Assembly: GCA_031835245.2 (NCBI GenBank)
Contig: JAVKOQ020000040.1
Span: forward strand, 124,001 to 188,000
Direction: 5' to 3'
DNA: 64,000 bases
DNA from: Balamuthia mandrillaris
Lineage: Eukaryota
Under the pieces are notes generated by a model. The model did not search any database, was not told the origin of the DNA, and saw only the letters and a program-made list of their open reading frames with translations. Position numbers and translations under genes: made by a program. This document shows positions 26,560 to 39,166 of this stretch, piece by piece; position 1 is the first letter of the stretch, and every line of letters begins with the position of its first letter.

Positions 26560-29500
26560 CTAGTGGTTGGTTTTTTTCAACCTCGCCACGATCTCCGTAA
26601 ACGTTGGCCTGTCGTTCGGAATGCACATTAGAAAGGTGGAAGGCAGAGCGCAAGACAAAGAAGAACAAACCTGTCTTGAGGAGATAGAGACCAACACTGA
26701 GTGATGATTTCTGCCAAAACGGTGGGAGCTGTCTTTGGAATGGGCAAGCGGGTGCCCTTCTCGCAGATTTCGATGGCGGCTTTGACGGCGTTCAGTCCGT
26801 CAAAGGGCTCGTCTCCTTTGGTCACTATTTCCCACAAACATACTCCATAACTTTCGTTTGTGGATGAGGTATATTCGGGTTAGGAACAAACAAGAACTAT
26901 CTAACACAAAGCAAGACCTAGGAAAAAGCACAAGATATACCTCCACACATCAGACTTTTCAGAATACTCCAACTCAGAAATGGCTTCTGGCGACATCCTA
27001 ATATCACTATCAGAAACGCGAAGAAGCAGAAATGAAGAACATGAAGAAGGAAAATATACCATTTGAGAGGACCAACTTCAGTTGTGGTTTTTTGGGCTCC
27101 CTTTTGGCCACCGTCTCGTTTACGAGACAAACCGAAGTCTGTGATGGCAAGTGTGAGAAACATCACAAAGGGCACAAGAACAGCTAAAAAATAAAACAAA
27201 AAAAAAAAACAAACCAGAAACTTTGACATTCAGCTGTGCAGTGAGAAGGAGGTTGCGAGCAGCCAGATCACGATGTGTTATTCCTTCTTGATGCAGATGT
27301 CTCAGTCCCGCTGTTTGTATAGATTGGTTAAAACGATAAATGTTACCAAAGTAAAGGAGAAACGATTAACAAACCAGCAATATCAATGGCCCATTGAATC
27401 ATTTGAGAGGAGTCGATGGAGTCCGGGTGCTCACGAAGATAGGACAAAAGGTTGCCCATTTGCATGAATTCCGTCACTATACAATATGGACTGCGTTCAT
27501 GGCTGCACACGCCATACAGCTGAATCACATTTGCGTGTGGCCTTAATGCTCTGTTTTGCAGGGTGAGCCCTATTTCTTTAAAACGAGTAAACAAGGATAG
27601 GGATCATACTTCATGACGAGAACCTCAGCACGAAAGTCATCCAGCTCGTGCTCATCCATGCCGTTCAGCTTTTTGACAGCCACTTCGGAATCTCTCCAAA
27701 TGGCTCTCCATACCACTCCGAACGCCCTTTTAACGAATGGAGAAAGAGAGATGAGAAAGATGTGGTCGAAGAGCAAGAGAAAAAGGAAATCGTACCCTCG
27801 TCCAATCTCTTCTTGGAACTCTAGCTCATCAAAGTCAATCTCCCAAGTAGGTCCATCCCCTCCCTGCTCTCGCTTTTTGCGGTTGCTCCTGGGCTTGGCC
27901 AACTCTCCAGAAGGAGAAGCATAGACCACATCTTCCATTCCGTTTTCCAGATCTGCGGCCTGCTTCTTCTGTTCGTTCTTCATTCTTCTTCTCACAACAA
28001 CAACAGACGCAATGGCTACTGCAGCAAGCAACACCAACACGCAAACAACAACAATGGGAGCGATGACTTCTGCTCCAACTCCATCGTCACTGCTCGATTT
28101 GTTGGCTCCCTGTTCTTCGCTGGTGGAACCATCACTGTTGCCATCCGGTTGCGTTACAACGACATTTCCAGAAAAAGACAATTGAAGCGAAAAGTCGGGA
28201 GAGAAAAACGCATTGGTAGGTTGGTCGAAGGTAATTGCCAAGCTCTCCGTCTGTCGTCTTGCGTTATCACCGGAAACTAAAACAATGAGAAACAAGTTAG
28301 AAGCTAAGGGAGCGGAAGGAGAGAGGAGGGAGAGAGAGAAAGGGCTTGCCTTCAAATGCAAAGTTGATAGCTGTGATAACAACTTCAATTGTGAGTTCAG
28401 ATGTTCCGGAACTAAACACGATGGGGCCTTCTGGCTGGCTTGTGAAGGCCACGTCTTCGTTGTCTCCTTCATAAAGGACTTCCATGTTCAAAGTAACATC
28501 TTGTTGCGGAGAAGCAGACAGTTGAACGACAAATGTAATGGTCTCATTTGTGATGATTGGCTCCTCCGGAATCGTCACAATCAACGAATCCAGGAGATGA
28601 ATGTAAACTGTACCCTTTTCTCCTTCTGCAATGACGAAGAAGAAGAGTGTGAGAGAGTGTAGAGATAGTACCACATTTAGAGAGAGAAGATTATGAAACT
28701 CATACCAGTGAAGTAGTTGGTGACAGCAAGGTCAGGAATGCCATCGCTGTTTATGTCACCAAGGGGAGCCACCGCCGTTCCAAAGCCTGGCTCATCTCCT
28801 TGAATGGTTGCGTGGTGTTTGACCGTTCCATCCTCATTGAGGAACACCAAAAAGACTCTTGCCAGGTTGAAGCTTGAGATGGCCAGGTCTGGCACCCCGT
28901 CGTGATTCCAGTCGGCAGAAGCAAAGCGCTCTTCTATGTTCACTCCCCATCCTACACTTCCCAAAGTGGAAACAAAGTGCCCAAAGCTGGTGTCCCCGTT
29001 GTTCTTTTGTTGCAAGTATTCCTCTTCAGAGACAAAGTCGGAGAGGTACAGTTCCTGCCATGCTTTGACATCGCCAGCAGCCGTCAACATGAGGATCAAC
29101 ACCATGCCTAAGCCATCATCTCCATCGGCGACACGCGCAGCCATGTCTGGCACTGAGTCTCCATCAACGTCTCCCAAACCTTTTTAGATGTAAAATGTTA
29201 AGAAGGTCACTTTGTGAAGCGAGAAGAGGGCGCGAGGCAAAGAGAACGAAATTAGCAGAAAAGAGTAAGGCGTTCGTTACCAACAATAGAAGTTCCGAAG
29301 AGAGAAGGGGAACTGCGGTCGGTCGGATCGGAGACGGTAGTGACGGAGACCAACTGTTGGTTGGCACCGAAGAACAGAATGAAGATCTTGCCATCAGTCG
29401 GGTTTGCAATAGCCATGTCTTCAAACCCATCTCCATTCAAATCTCCGAGAGTACTAAAAATACATAACATCATCATAACAGTTAATAGGAATGCAATGGA

Positions 29501-30535
29501 TAGCATACCAATCAAAGAATGTTTCGACTTACGTCCATGAAACTCCAAAGGCATAAAAATTGGGAGTTTCTCCTTCTCCGGCTGTTAACAAGGTAGTTAC
29601 GTTTCCTGTCACCATTCCTTCCGAGTCCAACCGTAGCCATCTCACTGTAGATAAAGAAAAAATCAGTAACGAATCGTACAAAAGCGGAAGAGAGAAAAGA
29701 TGGAAAAGAACAGAGGTGCCCAAAACGCAGATGCTCCACGACTTGCTTCACAAACCTTTTCCAGGGCCGAAAATGTTATCATCCATGTCTGCAACCAACA
29801 ATTCTGGCCGCTCATCTCCATCCCAGTCGGCAACGACTTCCATGCCAAGGCCAAAGCAAATGGTTTTGTCGTCAAATGGATCTTCAAAGAGAGGATAGTC
29901 ATACGGATAGTCGAAAACGACATGTCCTGTCTCGTTCAGTTCCATGATTATGACTGCTCCTTCTGTTGTGCCGTCTACTCCTGTCAGATTGTAATAGTCT
30001 TTTCGGTTTGGGAGGTATTGTTATATACGACAAAGAAAGGAGAAAAGAGAAGCGAGAGCCAAAAGCACGAAGTGAGAATAAGCACTAGAGAACGCGAGAA
30101 CGAGAGAAGCAGAGCAGTGGAGAATTGAGGAACGAATCGAAAAGAGAATAACGAGAAACTAGAAAGTGGAGAAAGCGTACACATATAAGGAGCAGATACG
30201 GCCAAGTAGGTGGGTCCCCCTTCGCTCAACGGACCCAAAGCCTTTATACGGTAGCCAAACCTGTCGCCAAAGCCGTCGGCGGGGGTATCGTCCTTTCCAT
30301 AAAGAGGAGTGCGGAGACCTCCCTTCCCGCTGGTGATGGTCACCACGTCCTTCACTCCCCAGTCAGCACTGGCCGCCAACACTCCTGATAAGAAGAACAA
30401 GAAACAGAAAGAAATAAGATAAAAACGCAAATAATAATATTTTTTTTTAAAAAAAAAAACAAAAGAGAGGCGCAAACCAAAGGTCAATGCAAGCAAAAGG
30501 AGGAGGCCGCATGCGGCGGGTGAAGGCACCATCAT
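26560..30535 (-). CDS. FG-GAP/Calx-beta-like receptor tyrosine-kinase-like protein, copy 2
   Basis: [19 protein letters not shown] signal peptide; FG-GAP loops [43 protein letters not shown] and [13 protein letters not shown] helix; complete kinase ending [17 protein letters not shown]. Confidence 0.88.
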
Positions 30536-30841
30536 TTCAGTTTACGTTACTGCCTTTGTTGTGCTGTTTTTCCTGTATGCGAGGAAATCCAACTAGTTCG
30601 GGAGACAACCTATAATGAAAAGCACGTTGCAATCTTACGATTGGCTCATTACAATTAGCCAAACAAATATAATATGTGAAACGCAATTAACAAGAGTTAC
30701 GGGTAACCAAGCGAAGCAAAAAATGGGTTGTTAACGGCACTAGCGTTCTCATAATGGTATTGATAAAAATAAAAAAATAGACAGGAACAGAGCAAAAAAA
30801 TCTAGTACAAGCCAAGTTTGTGTTTTTTTTTTTGTTAGGTC

Positions 30842-33070
30842 CTACTTGGAAGCTTTCTTTAGCATGGATGCAATCTCTGCAAAGGTTGGCCTGCACAGAT
30901 GAACAGTATGTGTGTCAGAATAAGAAAAAAGAAAACAGAGGAGAGAGGAGATGAGATAAAGAATAAATGCAAAAAAAAAAAAAGAATAAGAAACAGCCAC
31001 ACACCTGTCTTTTGGAGACAAGGCCCAGCATTGGTTGATGATGGTGGCCAGCACCTTAGGAGCGTCCTGAGGGATGGTCAAACGAGTGCCCTTCTCGCAG
31101 ATTTCGATGGCGGCTTTGACCACGTTCAGCCCATCGAAGGGCTCTTCCCCTTTGGTCACTATTTCCCACAAACATACTCCATAGCTTTGTTGTTTGTGGG
31201 TTGTATTGTTGAGTTTTGCATTCCCAATGTTGTGATACAAAAAAAGCACAAGACAAACCTCCAAACATCAGACTTTTCGGAATACTCCAACTCAGAAATG
31301 GCCTCCGGCGACATCCTGTTTTTCGAAGAAATGTCAGACTGCGAGACCACCCCCCACAACTAAACATACCATTTCAGTGGACCAACTTCGGTGGTGGTTT
31401 TTTGAGCTTCACTCTCGCCAACTTCGCGTTTACGAGATAAACCGAAGTCTATTCATAACAGGCACGATTAAGAAAGAGGAATGGAAAAACGCGAGGGAGA
31501 GAGAAAGAGAAGTAACAGACCAGAAACTTTGACGTTCAATTGTTTTGTGAGAAGAAGATTGCGAGCAGCCAGATCACGATGTGTTATTCCTTCTTGATGC
31601 AGATGCCTCAGTCCCGCTGTTTGTCATTCAATATGGGGTTAGTGGCTAAGCTTAGAAAAATAGAAAATGGAAAGCGACTATCCAAACCAGCAATATCGAT
31701 GGCCCATTGAATCATTTGAGAGGAGTCGATGGAGTCCGGGTGCTCACGAAGATAGGACAAAAGGTTGCCCATTTGCATGAATTCTGTCACTATACATTTG
31801 GGAGTATCTTCGCCGCTGCACACGCCATACAGCTGAACGACATTCGCATGTGGCCTCAATCCTCTGTTGAAATTAAAAATTAGCGAATTCTTTTCAGATG
31901 TTGGCAAAAGAGCCTATAGTACTTCATGACGAGCGCCTCAGCACGAAAGTCTTCCAGCTCGTGCTCATCCATGCCGTTTAGCTTTTTGACGGCCACTTCT
32001 GAATCTCTCCAAATGGCTCTCCACACCACTCCGAACGCTCTGTTTCATTTACGTGAGATGGTAAACAGTAGAAAACAAGAATAACATAAGGACAAATCAT
32101 ACCCTCGCCCGATCTCTTCCTGGAACTCCAGCTCATCAAAGTCAATCTCCCACGTGGGACCATCTTCTCCGTTACGCTCTTTCCTCGTGCGTTTACGTGT
32201 TCCAGCCTTCTGTCCAGAAGGAGAAGCATAGACCAAATCATCCATTCCGCTCTCCAGATCTTCCACCTTCTTATTCTGCTGTTGAGCCATTCTCCTTCTC
32301 ACAACAACAACAGCTACGATGGCAGCCACCGCCAAAACCAGCAGAATGCTCACTACAACGACCGGAGCGATGACTTCTGCTCCAACTCCGTCGTTGCTTG
32401 ATTTGTTGCCTCCTTGTTCATTACTTTCACTGTTGGATCCATCGGTACCATCACCACCATCAGAGCCGTCATTGTCTGGAGGAGGTTCTGTGACGATGGC
32501 ACTTCCCGCAAAGGAGAGTTGGAGGGCAAAATCGAAATCGAAGAAAGCGTTAGTTGGTTGGCCAAACGAAAGAACTAGCCCCTCACTTTGTCGTTTCTGC
32601 TGTTGAGCTCCTGGTATGACAGAGAGAGTGTGTGTGCGTGTGAGTGTGAGAGGGTGAGAGAAGGGAAGTAAGTTGCTTTCAACAAATGGGAATAAGAGAA
32701 AGGGTGTCACTAACCATCAAAGGTAAAATTGATAGCTGTTATTACCACTTCAATGCTTAACTCGGTTGTGTTTGAGGCAAACACCACTGGCGCTGGCTCT
32801 ATAGTGAAGGCCACATTCTCATTGGGTCCTTCATAAATAGCATTGATGGGCAAAGAGACTTCTTGTTGAGGAGAGGAAGAGAGTTGCACCACAAATGTGA
32901 TGGTCTCCTCTGTGATGTCTGGAGCATCTGAAATGGATACAATCAATGAATCTAAAAGATGAATGTAGACTGCGCCCATATCTCCCTCTGTATAAACAAT
33001 ACGATTGTCAGTTAATTGAACGAGTATATAAAAAGAATTAAAAAAGCGGGAAAGATACGAGACGCAAGAA

Positions 33071-33136
<66 letters not shown>

Positions 33137-34893
33137 ATACGTGACAAATAGTTTGCAACTGCAAGATCAGGTATGCCATCCTTGTTCAAATCCCCAAGGG
33201 GTGCTACCGCCGTTCCAAAGCTAGCTTCTTCCCCTTGAATAGTAGCAAAATGTTTGACCGTCCCATTTGTGCTGAGAAACGCCAAAAACACTCTTGCCAT
33301 GCCGTGACAGCCGACAGCAAGGTCAGGAACGCCATCATGGTTCCAGTCGGCAGAAGCGGAGCGTGCTTCTCTGTCCACTCCCCATCCTAAGTTGCATAAA
33401 GTAGAAAGGCTGTAACCGAAGGATTTATCTCCGCTGACCTTTCGTTGTGCATATTCTGCCTCGGACACGAAGTCGGAGAGAAAAAGTTCGTGCCATGCTT
33501 TGATATTGCCAGCGGCAGTCAACCGGATGATCAATACAGTGCCTAAACCGTCATCTTTGCCGGCGACACGAACCGCCATATCTGGCACTGAATCTCCATC
33601 AATGTCTCCCAATCCTATTAGAACATATTTCAAAGGTGAGAAAGATAAACAAACAAAAGAACACAACAAAAAACAAAAAACAAAACAAACAAAGAAGAGG
33701 GTTGGTGTTGACCTGCAACAGAAGTTCCGAAGAGAGTGCCAGAAGGAGAGCCCGAAGGATCAGAAATATAAGTGTAGAAGACTAACGTGTGGTTGGCACC
33801 AAAGAAACCTATGTAGACCTTACTGTTTGGCGGGTTTGCATCGTCCGGAGTTCCGAATGCCACATCTTCATATCCATCTCCATTAACATCGCCAAGAGTG
33901 CTACGATCACGTTAAAATTTTTGGAACCGAAGTAGTAAGGAGGAGGCGAAGGAAAACGAGAAGAAGTAGAAGCAGAAGGAGAAGAAGAGAGGAGAAGGGA
34001 GAAGAGAAATAAGAAGAACATCAACAAGAGGCTTTACCTGGATGACATTCCAAGCCAAGGCAAAGAGGGTGCATTGCCCTGACCAGATGTGACAACACTT
34101 TGCACTTGTTGTACTGCTCCTTCCTCATCCAATGATATCCATCTCACTTAAACAAAAAGGTCAGACAGTAATAGTTAAAAAAAATAATACTAACCTTTTC
34201 CAGGACCTCCCCATTCATCCATGTCAGCAACCAACAGTTCCGGACGTTCGTCTCCATCCCAGTCTGGTATGACTTCCATGCCTAGGCCAAACATCAACGT
34301 AGTGTCCACACCATCATCATGAGTGCCCGCATCTGGGAAGAGAAAAGGATAGTCGTTCACTACATGCCCAGTTTCGTTGAGCTGCATTAAAATAACTGCT
34401 CCTTCTGCTTCGTAGAACGTTTCCGCTGCAGCAGTGCGATGGTAGTAATCTATTATACGGCAAATAAATGTTTGTGTAGGGTGTAAGTAGTTTTAAAAAA
34501 GGTTTTAGTACCAAAATACAAAGCTGATGCAGCCAAGTAGGAGGGTCCATCTTCGGTCAAGGCGCCCAAAGATTTCACCCTCCACCCGAATCTGTCTCCG
34601 AACATGGCACCAGGGGTTGGCTTGCCAAAGAGGGTCGTACTCAGTCCTCCGCTTTGGTTGGTAATGGTAACTTTCTGTTTGACTCCCCAATTACTACTCC
34701 CATCGCTGCTTTCAATAGCTGTGATAACTGGGTTAGAATAGAAGAGAGCCAACAGGAACAGCGAGAAAAATACAGGAGCAAAGATAAAGAGTGTAATATC
34801 CGCCCTGCAACAAAAAAAAAAACGATGGGGAAACAAACCGAAAGCAAACAGAAGGACAAAGACAAAACAGCCAGTAGAGGCGGTGGAAAGCAT
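30842..34893 (-). CDS. FG-GAP/Calx-beta-like receptor tyrosine-kinase-like protein, copy 3
   Basis: MLSTASTGCFVFVLLFAF signal peptide, the same FG-GAP series and intron positions, TM VIAPVVVVSILLVLAVAAIVAVVVV-RRR, kinase ending RPTFAEIASMLKKASK*. Confidence 0.88.
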
Positions 34894-35485
34894 TCGGTAT
34901 ACTGAAACTGAAACTGAAACTGTGGAGCTAGTATGGAGTACACACACCAAATAACAAAACAAAATACCCAGTAAGCCGCACCCCGAAGGTCAACAATTTT
35001 ATCTTTTCCGTTGTCCCTTAAACTACGATGCCTGGCGGTAGGTGTGAAAGTGTGATGTTACGTAAACAATCAATAGTTCGGATATTATGGAAGTAGGGCC
35101 TCCTATTGGCGTACGGAACTTTTAATTCATTCAGTAAAACATAGAATTGCTGGTAATATACCCACGTGTACATGTTAATTGACTGAATGATGGTCATTAA
35201 GCCGGATCGTACCGGGTAGTTTGGTTTTTGCCGAGGAGGAGTTTCCGGTCCTCCGCGTTAGTTATTATCATCCCGAAAAACAGAGCCGAATGAATCAACA
35301 AGGAATACATACCAGACTTCATGCTGGCAGTAGCTAGGTGGCCTTGTTTCTTCCAGTGTGGTTACACACCGCGCTTAACGGACGCGAACACAAACATAAA
35401 ACCTGTTTCGACGAAAGAAAAGCAACAAACCGATCAACCTTTAAGAAGACTTCCCTTTGTTTTACTGCGTTCGTTTTTCTACATA

Positions 35486-36219
35486 TTAATTTAGAGGGCC
35501 ATAAGCGTTCCAAAATTCACAGTTGGGCGACCTAAACTCGGTCTCCACAGTAAGTGTTTTGTTCAACCGAATATAGTTGTTCTCTGAATGGAATGTCGGC
35601 CATTCTAGAATAGTACAAAAAGAAAGAGTTATACAAAAGTAACTGCAAGTAATAGAAAACGAAAGAAAAAGAGCAAAGAGAATGTACTCGTTCCAAAGGT
35701 AGAAGAATTGGGGTCACCGTTTTTGGCAAAGTTGGTCCAAGAGCGTATCATGAAAGAGGAGAGCTCATGTTCAGCGTGGCTCATGGTGTAAGGGATTGTC
35801 ACGAAGTGGAGTATTTTAGGAAAGAGAAAGAAGATTTCCATGGAATGAGCTGCTTTGTAACATTGCCCCAACTTGAGAGAAAGGCCAGAGATTATATCAA
35901 AAGAGTACATCCAGGTCCGTTCTGCTATCGATGATACTGAAGAGGATATCCTGGATGTGCTTACGGCTACCTGTTTGCAAAAAAGATAAGAAAGAAGAAA
36001 CGAAAGAGAGAGATAGAGGATACCTCAAGGCTGGGGCATTTAAAGGATCCATCAGAAGTGGCAGCAATGAGAGCCTGCACTGGATGGTCGTAAGCTTCTA
36101 CTGGATAGAGTTGCATCACTTCATCAACCTGAATAAGTGATTTTAAAAAAAGTGAGCCTTAGGAGCAAGGAAGCGAAAAGAGAGAGGACAAAGAAATAGC
36201 TTTGAGGGAGAGAAGAAAG

Positions 36220-36255
<36 letters not shown>

Positions 36256-38118
36256 AAGAGAGAAGAGAGAGAGAGAGAGAGAGAAATGAATTACAGCGGA
36301 TGATGCCAAGCCTTGCTCAAGAAGAGCATCTCTATACTGATCCTCCGTCATGTCAGCATACGTTGAGCAAAGCCACCAAGCATTCTCCTCATTAGTGGTG
36401 CCTATGAGGAAAGCTTCAATGGACGAGTGAAGTTTTCCCTGTTGAATGCTGATGTTCGGTTGTTGAGATAATTCAGCTGGATCCAATACAGGCCAAAAGG
36501 TGAAAGACAGCGATGCTGATGCTACAGCATCCATCACCTCTTTGATTGTTTTGTTTCGAAGACAAGAGAGGGTGTTGCAATTTAGGGAGTGCTTGAACTG
36601 AGCGCCCATGACATAAGCCTCGCTGATGGGGAACACGTTGCAAAATCCGCTTTGCATGAGTGCTTGCTGGAATAGGTCAGCGCTTTTGTTGGCAACCATG
36701 TGAATGCACGTGCTGATCGCTCCTGCTGACTCCCCAAAGATTGTGCTTTAAGGAACAGGTTAATAATTACGGTTCACTCCTCTCCAATATTCCATCTCTC
36801 ATCTTTAATGTTCCTTTAGGGAAAATCGAGCGTACATTCGTTCGGGATCACCTCCAAAGGCCGCTATATTGCTAATCGTTTCAGACAAAACTAGGTTAGA
36901 GTCAAGTTTAAAACACAAAAAACAAAGTGGAATAAAGGAAGAGAGCTATACTTTTTGACCCATTGCATGGCGGCACGTTGATCTTCAATGCCATAGAAAC
37001 CAGTAGGCATGCTCATATTTTCATGTTTCAGTTCAGGCAAAGCCAAGAAACCTTTTCGGAAGAAATAGAAAGAGAGAAGTTAGAGAACGCTCAGAAAGGG
37101 ATAAAGACTAACGATATCTACCAAAAGGGCCAAGCCTATAGTTAAACGTTACAACAATGGTGTCTTCCGCTGCTAAAGCAGTGCCATCGTATAAGTTTGC
37201 ACTTCCACTATCAAATCCACCGCCTTTTTGTTTGTCAGGGTGAGTTAAACGCAAGAATGAAAGAATGAAGAGACAAAGAAAACAAGAAACAAAAGTTGAA
37301 AAGGAAGAAAGCCTGCCATAAATCCAAAGCATTACAGGAAGCTTATGATCGGCAGGTTCTTTAGGTGTGAATACGTTCAGGTAGAGACAGTCCTCACTGA
37401 CGGGGAAGTCTTGAATCAAGATTGGGCTCTCCAATACTTGAGGGCATACCGGACCCTTTTCAATGTTATGTTGAGAAGCAAGTAAGAACACGAAAAAAAG
37501 AAAAACGAAGAAGCAACAAAGAGAGAGAAGGAAAAAAGGAAGAAGAAATACGAAATAAGAAAAGAGAAGAAAGAACAAAGAGCCAAGAGGAAACGAGAAC
37601 GAACAAAGAAGCACAGACGGAATTAACAACAAAACGAGTAGCAAGAAAGACGAGAGAGTTACATAAGCGGTGGCGTTGCGAACGCCCTGCCATTTGCTCG
37701 GCGGGTGGGGGCTCTTCCACCGCAACGCCCCAACGGGAGGGGCCGCAAAAGGGACGCCCAGGAAGACGCGGCTGTTGTTGGCGGCGGCGTAGAAGCCGTG
37801 CACGGCGCCGTACTCGGTGTGGACGACCAGCGGCGCCCGCCGCACGGAGCTCTGGTGGTCGTAGACCGCAAAGAGGACAAAGAGCACGATGAGGAGGAGG
37901 ACCACGAGCACCAGGAGGGAGTTGAAGAAGAGGGCGCGGCGGTGGCGCTGGGCGGAGACCCAGTAGTAGTGGGCCGCGGAGGAGGAGCCCGCGGCGGAAG
38001 CGGAGGAGCCGGCGGAGCCTCTGGCGTATTGCTCGTCCTCGTCGAAGAAGAGGGAGTAGTCTTCTTCCCCTCCTCGCTCGAAAGCACTGCCGTGGTTCTT
38101 CTTTGCTTTTTCTTTCAT
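35486..38118 (-). CDS. Type-B carboxylesterase/cholinesterase-family hydrolase with N-terminal signal-anchor
   Basis: FLGVPFAAPPVGALRWKSP, SEDCLYLNVFTP, WIYGGGF, NYRLGPFG, FGGDP, catalytic FGESAGA, AHSMEI (His), WTNFAKNGDPN, CEFW. Confidence 0.93.
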
Positions 38119-38514
38119 CCGCTGCAAACACAAAAAGCAAACCCTTCCTTCCCTTTACAAGGCCTCTTCTTTCTCTCTTGGGTGTCTTCTTTATCTCATT
38201 TTGTTAAGGTATCCACCTTAAAGAGGGATTGCGCTAAGCGGCTGCACATTTTGTGGTCCATTCAAGCTCCTATGTTGAAATTTCATCTATTGGTATGATG
38301 AGAATGAAAAGAATTAAGTTGAGAAGATTTGTTGCACATGAAGAGCACAATTTTCATTAATAAACTGGAAATTTCCCATATTGGAATGTGAGGAATTTAA
38401 TGCTTATAAAAGTAAAGTAAATGACGTCAGATGTACGTTAAAAGGTAAATTCTCCATTTAAATATTTGTAGACATCTGAAAGAAAAGAGAAGAAAAAGAG
38501 AGAGCAAAGGCCAA

Positions 38515-39134
38515 ATGAGCGACAACGATGAAGCTGCTTTGGGTGGGCAGGCACGCTCCCACAAGCCTCGAAGAAAGTCTGTGATGCTTGCCTCAGGAAC
38601 CAAGACCTCGGATTCGGACTTGTTCGTTGATCCAGAAACGGCCTACCTCTTGTCTTCCACATCTTCTGACAAACACAGAGAAATTATTCATGAAGAAGCT
38701 GAACTACGCACCCCTAAAAGGTCTCTTTCTCTTTTTTTTTCTTCTTTCTCGTCCCCTTTTTATGTTTTATTTTTTCGTCTGTTTTTTATTGTTTTTTTTA
38801 TTTTTGTTTTTTAATATTACTTTTATGTTTTATTTTTTGCTTATTTGAAAATTTTTTCTTTTTCTCTTTTTTTTTTCTTTTTTTCTCTTTTTTTCTTTTT
38901 TTCTTTTTTTTCTTTTTTTTTTACTGTCTTTCTTTTATTTTATCTTATTTTATTTTCTGCTTTGTTGGCAACAGGTTGTTGTTGGACTTTGCCAATGTGT
39001 TAAAGTCGTTCATCGGCTCCAACTTTTTGGGCATGCCCTATGCCTTCAGCCAGGCCGGTCTCTACGTACGTGCCACTTGCACTCAGCATGAGAGAGAGAG
39101 AGAGAGAAAAACTACTTTTTTTTCTTTTCTTTTG

Positions 39135-39166
<32 letters not shown>

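Noticed and set aside
26110..30620. Shared cctataatgaa upstream of receptor copies 1 and 2
   Set aside because: It is explained by the tandem duplication, is absent from copy 3, and is too short to call a regulatory element.
34960..35480. Microsatellite-free intergenic stretch between receptor copy 3 and the esterase
   Set aside because: No convincing ORF, long stem or known RNA motif. Most likely promoter plus 3' UTR.
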